Source of the DNA: Sphingomicrobium sp.
GTDB lineage: Bacteria; Pseudomonadota; Alphaproteobacteria; Sphingomonadales; Sphingomonadaceae
Length of the DNA stretch: 64,000 nucleotides
Reading direction: 5' to 3'
Assembly: GCA_035699505.1 (NCBI GenBank)
Contig: DASSPS010000045.1
Span: 731-64,730 of the forward strand
A program made the position numbers and the translations under genes. The notes under the pieces are model-generated. The model did no database searches. It saw only the letters and a list, made by a program, of their open reading frames with translations, and was not told the origin of the DNA. Positions 57,600 to 64,000 of the stretch are shown piece by piece. Position 1 is the first letter of the stretch. Each line of letters starts with the position of its first letter.

Positions 57600-58253
57600 C
57601 TAGCGGGTCGCGTTGTAGCGGAGTTGCGCGTCAGTCAGCTGGAAACCGATCAGATGTTCGAACGTCGCGCGCTGGACGGCTGCCCGTACCACCGGGTCGG
57701 TCAGCGGGTCGACAGCGGCCTGCGGGTCCCCGGGTTTGCGACGGACGGTCAGGAGGCGCTCGATGTCGTTCGGGATGGTCGCGGCGGCCTTCGATACGCG
57801 GATCGTCGCTTGCCCCGATGTCTGGGCGCGCTGGCTGCCGGCCTCAAAGGTCAGGCCGACATTGCCGACGCGCTTGGCGGCAATCGTCGTGCCGCCCTGC
57901 ATGGCGACATCGAAAAAGGGCAGTACCACCTGGCGCGCCGGGCCGGCGTCCCGGCGCTGGCCGACGACGTCAAAGGTAGCGGTGGAAATGATCTGGTCGC
58001 CCGCTTCCTGGCAGGTCGAGCGGACGTTGGTGATGGTCGCCGTCACATCGATCGCGGCCGCCGAGGTGCTGGCCGGCGGATTGAACAGCGTGATGTCGCC
58101 GGTGGCGCCAACGATCCCGACCTGCGGGCAGGCGCTTCGGGTGGTATAGACGCCGCCGCTCTCGAACAGGCCTTCGCGAGAGCAGCCGGCAAGCAGGGAC
58201 AAGGCGATGAGCGACGAGAGGCGGAGGTTCACAGGGCGGGATTTCCTAAGCAT
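57600..58253 (-). CDS. hypothetical lipoprotein
   Basis: [24 protein letters not shown] (lipobox), about 217 aa, with no family recognised. The start is ATG 58253. Confidence 0.65.
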   Translation of the reverse strand: MLRKSRPVNLRLSSLIALSLLAGCSREGLFESGGVYTTRSACPQVGIVGATGDITLFNPPASTSAAAIDVTATITNVRSTCQEAGDQIISTATFDVVGQRRDAGPARQVVLPFFDVAMQGGTTIAAKRVGNVGLTFEAGSQRAQTSGQATIRVSKAAATIPNDIERLLTVRRKPGDPQAAVDPLTDPVVRAAVQRATFEHLIGFQLTDAQLRYNATR

Positions 58254-58318
58254 GGCTGCAGTGGCGTGTTCATAGGAAGCGCCTTTCAACCGGGCAAGCA
58301 ATTGCTTACATCGCCGCC

Positions 58319-59266
58319 GTGCCCACTTCCCGCCCACCCTTGAGGATCCTGATCGCCGCGCCGCGCGGCTTCTGCGCCGGCGTCGACCGCGCCATCCAGA
58401 TCGTCGAGCTCGCCCTCCAGCGCTATGGGGCGCCCGTCTATGTCCGTCACGAAATCGTTCACAACCGTTTCGTTGTCGACCGGCTGCGCACCCTTGGCGC
58501 GATTTTCGTGGAAGAGCTTGACGCGGTTCCGGACGACCGGCCCGTCGTCTTCTCCGCCCATGGCGTGCCAAAATCCGTGCCGGCTGCCGCGCGTCAGCGC
58601 AATTTGACCTTCGTCGACGCGACTTGCCCACTGGTGTCGAAAGTCCACCGCCAGGCCGAGCGGCTGATCGAGGATGGCCGCCATATCCTGTTCATCGGCC
58701 ATGCCGGCCATCCCGAAGTGATCGGTACCTTCGGCCAGGTTCCGGCCGGGTCGATGACCCTTGTCGAGACCGAAGAGGATGTCGCCAACCTGTCGGTGGC
58801 GGATCCCGGCAACCTCGCTTTCCTGACCCAGACCACCTTGTCGGTCGATGACACCGCGGCGATCGTTGCGGCGCTCAAGGCCCGCTTCCCGTCGATCCGG
58901 ACGCCGCGCAGCGAGGATATTTGTTACGCGACTTCAAACCGCCAATCGGCGGTCAAGGAAATCGCGGCTGAATGCGGGCGAATGCTGGTCATCGGCGCGC
59001 CGAACAGCAGCAATTCGCTTCGCCTTGCCGAGGTCGCCCAGCGCCTCGGGGTCCCTGCCCGGCTGATCGAACGCGCCGCCGATATCGACTGGGACTGGTT
59101 GGGAACACCGGAGACTCTCGGCCTGACGGCCGGCGCGTCGGCGCCGGAGATCCTGGTCCGCGAGGTCATCGACGCCCTCGGCGAGAGGTTTGCCGTGACC
59201 GTGGAGGAAGCATCCCACGCGCCGGAACGGATGATATTCAAGCTGCCGCGCGAACTGGTTGCCTGA
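58319..59266 (+). CDS. ispH: 4-hydroxy-3-methylbut-2-enyl diphosphate reductase
   Basis: ...[12 protein letters not shown]...VRHEIVHN...FSAHGV...ATCPLV.... The start codon is GTG. Confidence 0.95.
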   Translation: MPTSRPPLRILIAAPRGFCAGVDRAIQIVELALQRYGAPVYVRHEIVHNRFVVDRLRTLGAIFVEELDAVPDDRPVVFSAHGVPKSVPAAARQRNLTFVDATCPLVSKVHRQAERLIEDGRHILFIGHAGHPEVIGTFGQVPAGSMTLVETEEDVANLSVADPGNLAFLTQTTLSVDDTAAIVAALKARFPSIRTPRSEDICYATSNRQSAVKEIAAECGRMLVIGAPNSSNSLRLAEVAQRLGVPARLIERAADIDWDWLGTPETLGLTAGASAPEILVREVIDALGERFAVTVEEASHAPERMIFKLPRELVA

Positions 59267-59271
59267 TCCGG

Positions 59272-59727
59272 ATGGCGGACTTGCCGGTCGTCGAGATTTT
59301 CACCGACGGGGCGTGCAGGGGCAACCCCGGCCCGGGCGGCTGGGCGGCGCTGATCCGGTCGGGCGGGCGCGAGAAGGAACTGGTCGGCGGCGAGCCGCTG
59401 ACCACCAACAACCGAATGGAGCTCAAGGCCGCGATCGAGGGGCTGAACGCGCTGACCAGGCCATGCCGGGTCGAGCTTCACACCGACAGCAATTACGTCC
59501 GCGACGGGATCACCCGGTGGATCCACGGCTGGCTTCGCAACGGCTGGCGGACGGCGGACAGGAAGCCGGTCAAGAACGCCGATCTGTGGCAGCAATTGCA
59601 CGACGCCACCCACCGTCACCGAATCGCCTGGCACTGGGTGAAGGGCCATAGCGGCCATCCGGAAAACGACCGAGTCGACGCACTGGCCTGCGAGGAAGCC
59701 GACCGGCAGCGGACTTCAGCCAGATAA
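59272..59727 (+). CDS. rnhA: ribonuclease HI
   Basis: [18 protein letters not shown]...TNNRMEL...HTDSNYV...[19 protein letters not shown]. Confidence 0.95.
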   Translation: MADLPVVEIFTDGACRGNPGPGGWAALIRSGGREKELVGGEPLTTNNRMELKAAIEGLNALTRPCRVELHTDSNYVRDGITRWIHGWLRNGWRTADRKPVKNADLWQQLHDATHRHRIAWHWVKGHSGHPENDRVDALACEEADRQRTSAR

Positions 59728-59736
59728 GAAGCGCTT

Positions 59737-59764
59737 GCGGGCGGAGGCTGAAGCCCCCGCCCGC
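59737..59764. terminator. hairpin between convergent rnhA and the downstream gene
   Basis: gcgggcggagg-ctgaag-cccccgcccgc, an 11-bp stem with one mismatch. Confidence 0.5.
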
Positions 59765-59772
59765 TATTGGCC

Positions 59773-60231
59773 TTACCTTTTCGGCAAGAACGTGACTTCG
59801 CGCATCAGATATTCGCCCGTGATGGTCCGGATATTGGGATAGACCGTCGTCGTCGTGCTCCGGGTCGGCGCTTCGTTTGCAGCCCCCCAGGCCTTCATGA
59901 AGGCCTCGTAGCGCGCCCGGTTCGGCGCCAGGTCGCTGGTGTTGGCGAACGTCGTGACCAGGATGACATTGAACTCGCCGCTGTTGGCCAGGTCGCTGAC
60001 ATAGACGTTGTAGCTCTTCATCTGGCCGAGCCGAATTGCGGCCTCGTTGCTTGCCACCCAGGTGTTGCGAATCCCCTGAAGGTAATCCTCGACCATGTTC
60101 TCCTTCACTTTGATGGTCGAAACATTGGAGACGGAGTCGCTTACCGTATAGTCGGTGTAAGGCTTGAGCTGGGCGAATGCCGGTGCGGTCATGGCCATGG
60201 CGACGCCAATGGCCAAAATTGCCTTCTTCAT
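59773..60231 (-). CDS. hypothetical secreted protein
   Basis: Signal peptide MKKAILAIGVAMAMTAPAFA, with AGGGGA upstream of the ATG. The gene is AT-richer, and I recognise no family. Confidence 0.6.
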   Translation of the reverse strand: MKKAILAIGVAMAMTAPAFAQLKPYTDYTVSDSVSNVSTIKVKENMVEDYLQGIRNTWVASNEAAIRLGQMKSYNVYVSDLANSGEFNVILVTTFANTSDLAPNRARYEAFMKAWGAANEAPTRSTTTTVYPNIRTITGEYLMREVTFLPKR

Positions 60232-60370
60232 CGTGATTTCCCCTATTTGGCGAACGCGAATGCTCGCCTATTTGCAGGGCCGCCACGATCCCGATCGAAT
60301 AATGCGAGCCCAGTGCGGAACACCAAGCGCTTAAAAAGAATTAATCACAAGTGATTATTCAAAAAAATAA

Positions 60371-61492
60371 CTAACCCGTCGGCGACTCAGCTAAAAATCG
60401 ACCCGGAGAATAGGGCCCGGGATTGATGTGCTCGACAGCGTGGCTCGGCAATTCACGAAGCAGCAGCGCCGCCGCCAGCTTGGCCGCCGCCGGCGCCGTC
60501 TGGATGCCGAATCCGCCTTGGCCCACGCACCAGAAGAATGCCGGCGCGCGGCCATCGAAGCCATAGATGGGCGCCCGGTCCGGGGCGAAGCTGCGCAGGC
60601 CCGCCCAACGGCGCTCGACCGCTTCGATCGGCCAATCCACCACCGCCTCGAATCGGGCGATGGCGGTGGCGACGTCGATTTCGTCGGGCGCGGCGTCGCC
60701 TGGCTCGCTGGCGATCTCATCGTGAGGACTGAGCCAGATGGAGCGGTCGCCCTCGCCCTTGAAATAGAATGTCCCGGCCCAGTCATCGATCAGCGGCAGG
60801 TGCCTGAGGCCGCTTCGACCAACGCGCAGTTGGACCATGGTCCGCCGCATCGGCGCAATGTCGAGCGGTTGGACGCCGCAGGCTTTGGCGACCGAATCGG
60901 CCCAGGCGCCGGCGGCGTTGACGAGCCTTTCAGCGGTTACGGTCTCGCCGGACGACAAAGCGATCCGCCAAACGCCGTGTTCGTTCCGCGCCGAAACCAG
61001 CCGCTGATCGGTTCGAAGGGCGCCGCCACGGCGCTTGAACCGGCCAAGATAGGCGGCGTGCAGGCCGGCGACGTCGATATCCGCGCATCCCGTTTCGAAA
61101 ATCGCGAACCGCCACTCCGGTCGTATACCCGGCACCCATCGTTCCAGCTCGGCGCCGCTGACCCGCTTGCTGTCGATCCCCTCGGGCAGCGTGGGCTGCT
61201 CGTCCATCGCCAGGTGCAGCGCGCCGCGCGTCCGCAGGAAGCCCCGCTCGGCGAAGTCGGCGGGCGGCGAGGCCAGGAAGGCGCGCGAGGCCCTGGTCAG
61301 CGGGGTGACCGCCGGCCCACCGTAGCTTTCTAGCCAGAACGCCGCCGACCGGCCCGTCGAATGAAAGCCGCAGTGCGATTCGGCCTCGATGATCAGCGTG
61401 CTGCGCCGATCGGCGATTTCGGCGCCAAGGCTCGCCCCGGCGATTCCCCCGCCGACGATCAAGACTTCGAAATGAGAGGGAAGATTGACCAT
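60371..61492 (-). CDS. FAD-dependent oxidoreductase (DAO family)
   Basis: VLIVGGGIAGASLG dinucleotide-binding motif, 373 aa. Confidence 0.85.
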   Translation of the reverse strand: MVNLPSHFEVLIVGGGIAGASLGAEIADRRSTLIIEAESHCGFHSTGRSAAFWLESYGGPAVTPLTRASRAFLASPPADFAERGFLRTRGALHLAMDEQPTLPEGIDSKRVSGAELERWVPGIRPEWRFAIFETGCADIDVAGLHAAYLGRFKRRGGALRTDQRLVSARNEHGVWRIALSSGETVTAERLVNAAGAWADSVAKACGVQPLDIAPMRRTMVQLRVGRSGLRHLPLIDDWAGTFYFKGEGDRSIWLSPHDEIASEPGDAAPDEIDVATAIARFEAVVDWPIEAVERRWAGLRSFAPDRAPIYGFDGRAPAFFWCVGQGGFGIQTAPAAAKLAAALLLRELPSHAVEHINPGPYSPGRFLAESPTG

Positions 61493-61543
61493 CGCGGCGC
61501 GTGGTTACGGTTTGGAAAGCCCTGCCGTCTAGGTGTGGCGCCT

Positions 61544-62017
61544 ATGGTTGATGTTGGATTTCCCGAACTGCTGATCATGGCGCTTGCGGCTCTGCTCGTC
61601 GTGGCGGCCGTCATCGACATGCGGTCGTTCACCATTTCCAACCGCCTGAATCTGGCCGTCGCGGCGGCTGCTCCCCTGTTCTGGTGGTCGATCCAGCTGC
61701 CGGTGTGGCCGCATGTCGCCACCCAGGCCGCGGTCGCCCTCGGGGTCTTCGGATTGCTCGCCGCGGCCTTTTACGCCGGCATGATGGGGGGCGGCGACGT
61801 CAAGCTCGCCGCCGCTCTGTCGCTCTGGTTTTCACCGGCTTCGACATTGAAATTCCTGGTGATCATGTCGATCGCCGGCGGGATCCTCACTCTCCTTCTT
61901 CTCGCCGCCCATCGCGCGCGCGGGAAGGAGGGAAAGCCGAAAATTCCGTACGGTGTCGCAATCGCGGTCGGTGGACTCGTGATTCTCGCCCAACGCTTTC
62001 TTAACCAATTTGCCTGA
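61544..62017 (+). CDS. cpaA: A24-family prepilin peptidase CpaA
   Basis: Polytopic, with AVIDMRSFTISN and GGGDVKL aspartate motifs. The start is ATG 61544. Confidence 0.88.
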   Translation: MVDVGFPELLIMALAALLVVAAVIDMRSFTISNRLNLAVAAAAPLFWWSIQLPVWPHVATQAAVALGVFGLLAAAFYAGMMGGGDVKLAAALSLWFSPASTLKFLVIMSIAGGILTLLLLAAHRARGKEGKPKIPYGVAIAVGGLVILAQRFLNQFA

Positions 62018-62062
62018 TGTCTGTGGGCATTCAGGGGACCCTTCAGGGGAGGCGATCGCGCC

Positions 62063-63118
62063 ATGGACATTAAGAAGATCATGCTGCTGGTTGGAGCGCT
62101 GTTGATTGCGGGCGTGACCGCGATCATGGCGAAGAACATGTTCGCAGGGTCGGGCGCGACGCAAGCCGCCGCGGCTCCCGCGGTTCCGACCGGCCCGAAG
62201 GTGCTCGTGGCGCGCAAGGCGCTCGCGGTCGGCACCATCATCGACGCCGAATCCCTGGCTTTCCAGCCTTGGCCCAAGGAACTGATGCAGAGCGCTTACT
62301 ATACGGAGGGCTCTCCCGACGCGGACCAGACCAAGCTTCTTGGCACGGTCGTGCGCTATCAGGTCACCGCCGGCCAGCCTCTCACCCGTGGTGCGCTCGT
62401 CGGCCCCAACGATCGCGGCTTCCTCGCTGCGGCGCTCGGGCCGGGCATGCGCGCCATGACGGTTCCGGTGAATACCTCGACCGGCGTCGCGGGCTTCGTC
62501 TTCCCGGGCGACCGAGTCGACCTGGTCCTGACCCAGCAGATTGAAGGTGGCGGCGACGGCCCCCCGCTGAAAGTGTCGGAAACGATCGTTCGCAACGTTC
62601 GCGTCCTCGCCACCGATCAGCGGATCACCGACAAGGGCGACGACGGCAAGACCGAAGTCAAGACTTTCTCCAACGTCACGCTGGAAACCACGCCGCGCAT
62701 CGCCGAGAAGATCGCCGTCGCGCAGAGCATGGGCCAGCTGTCACTGTCGCTTCGCTCGATCGCCGACAACAGCGCCGAGCTGGAGCGGGCGATCGCCGCC
62801 GGCGACGTCAAGGTCCAGCCGGGCGCGAACCCGGCGGAAGAGCGCCGCATGCTCCTGTCGGTCGCCAATCGGCCAGTCGACACCAATACCACCTATACGA
62901 CCGGCGGGGATGTCTCGCGGTTCCAGCGCCGGTCCGTGCCGGCCAAGGCCGCAAGCAACGGTCCGCAGGGTGGCGACGCGCTTTCTCAGTTCGCCAACGC
63001 CCTCATGGGCAAGTCGAACCCGAGCAGCGACCAGGCCTCGTCGGGACCGGTTTCCGGCCCGTCAGTTCGGGTCACTCGGGGTAATACCGTCACCGTCGTT
63101 CCGGTGGGAGCTCGCTAA
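62063..63118 (+). CDS. cpaB: Flp pilus assembly protein CpaB
   Basis: An N-terminal TM helix, a SAF-like domain and an RcpC/CpaB domain. Confidence 0.9.
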   Translation: MDIKKIMLLVGALLIAGVTAIMAKNMFAGSGATQAAAAPAVPTGPKVLVARKALAVGTIIDAESLAFQPWPKELMQSAYYTEGSPDADQTKLLGTVVRYQVTAGQPLTRGALVGPNDRGFLAAALGPGMRAMTVPVNTSTGVAGFVFPGDRVDLVLTQQIEGGGDGPPLKVSETIVRNVRVLATDQRITDKGDDGKTEVKTFSNVTLETTPRIAEKIAVAQSMGQLSLSLRSIADNSAELERAIAAGDVKVQPGANPAEERRMLLSVANRPVDTNTTYTTGGDVSRFQRRSVPAKAASNGPQGGDALSQFANALMGKSNPSSDQASSGPVSGPSVRVTRGNTVTVVPVGAR

Positions 63119-63119
63119 A

Positions 63120-64000
63120 ATGACCACTCGCAAGTATCGTATCGGCACGGCATTCGCTGCCCTGGCCCTTGGCCTGGCAAGCATTGGCCCAGCCATCCCG
63201 GCCGCCGCCCAGGCGCCGGGCAGCTACAAGCCGAGCAGCCAGATGCTGCTGTCCGTTGGCGAAGGCCAGATGATCAACCTGAGCCGGCCCGTTGCCGATG
63301 TCTGGACGTCCAACGCAGCCGTTGCCGACGTTCATGTCACCAACGCTCGTCAGCTCAACATCTTCGGCAAGGACGCCGGCGAAGCGACCGTCATCGCGAC
63401 GGCTGCAAACGGGTCGGTGGTCTATGCGACCAGCGTCCGCGTCGGGCAGAACATCTCGTCGGTCAACCAGATGCTTCGGGCAGCAATGCCGGATTCGAAC
63501 ATCCAGGTGACCACGGTCGGCCAGATGGCGGTGCTCAACGGCACCGTCGCCTCCCCGGCCGACAGTGCGCAGGCCGAAATGCTGGTCCGCGCCCTGCTCA
63601 ACCCCGGCGTGGACACCAGCGCGCCCGGTGCTGCGCTGAAAATGGTTCCGGTCAACCGCCTCAAGGCGGCGACACCCTTGCAGGTCAACCTGCGCGTCCG
63701 GGTCGCCGAGGTGAACCGGTCGCTGCTCAAGCAAGTCGGGGTCAATCTCTTCTCGGCCGACTCGACCAGCGGCTTCCGCTTCGGCCTCGGCCAAGGCGAT
63801 TTCAACGCCGGTGGCGCGCCCGGATCGAATCCCTTCTCGGTCAATCCGCTTGCCGCGGGTGGAACGACGCTTGGCGTCGCCGGCAGACTGTTCGGTCTCG
63901 ACCTCGCCGGCGCCCTCGATCTCGCCGAAACGGACGGCCTGGCGACGACCCTCGCCGAGCCGAACCTGACGGCGCTGTCCGGTGAAACCGCAAGTTTCCT
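63120..64000 (+). CDS. cpaC: Flp pilus secretin CpaC/RcpA (3' end outside window)
   Basis: Manual translation from ATG 63120 gives MTTRKYRIGTAFAALALGLASIG... (signal peptide), a BON-like N-domain, and ...ATTLAEPNLTALSGETASF (secretin domain start). The frame stays open to the window edge. Confidence 0.88.
   Translation, partial: MTTRKYRIGTAFAALALGLASIGPAIPAAAQAPGSYKPSSQMLLSVGEGQMINLSRPVADVWTSNAAVADVHVTNARQLNIFGKDAGEATVIATAANGSVVYATSVRVGQNISSVNQMLRAAMPDSNIQVTTVGQMAVLNGTVASPADSAQAEMLVRALLNPGVDTSAPGAALKMVPVNRLKAATPLQVNLRVRVAEVNRSLLKQVGVNLFSADSTSGFRFGLGQGDFNAGGAPGSNPFSVNPLAAGGTTLGVAGRLFGLDLAGALDLAETDGLATTLAEPNLTALSGETASF

Overview
This is a high-GC chromosomal segment, and gene content and synteny suggest an alphaproteobacterium, probably Sphingomonadaceae-like. 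Most of it is tightly packed housekeeping genes. These include rpmH-rnpA-yidD-yidC-engB, dapE, secB-murJ-trpS, rpsT-dnaA, mutM, ubiE-ubiB, coaC/coaB-dut, topA, dprA-plsY, murI and hemA (ALAS). They also include rpiB-glyA-nrdR, rpsD, aguA-aguB, folK, a glycine-riboswitch-controlled gcvT-H-(methyltransferase)-PA-PB operon, ispH-rnhA, and the start of a Flp/Tad pilus cluster (cpaA-cpaB-cpaC). Two tRNAs are present: Leu-CAA and Lys-UUU. I saw no rRNA, CRISPR array or prophage. The only clearly accessory DNA is a 2.4-kb AT-richer unit at 6920-9290. It has imperfect terminal inverted repeats and an 11-bp direct duplication, and it sits inside a REP-like palindrome. It carries an IS1595/ISXO2-like transposase, an intact yefM-yoeB toxin-antitoxin pair with a phased GTAC-core operator, and an orphan multi-TM protein of unknown function. 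That cargo-carrying element is my best candidate for something undescribed. Other points worth a second look: (1) rnpA has no canonical start near its conserved N-terminus, and its only in-frame ATG lies 7 nt upstream of the rpmH start. (2) coaBC is split at a GTGA overlap. (3) gcvPB appears to carry an in-frame GC-rich palindromic insertion. (4) A secreted protease has two tandem retropepsin-like domains and sits next to two PilZ genes. (5) An Irr/ICE-like palindrome lies upstream of hemA. (6) About 300 bp with coding-like signal remains unassigned. All calls come from reading the sequence and the supplied ORF track; no database searches were run.
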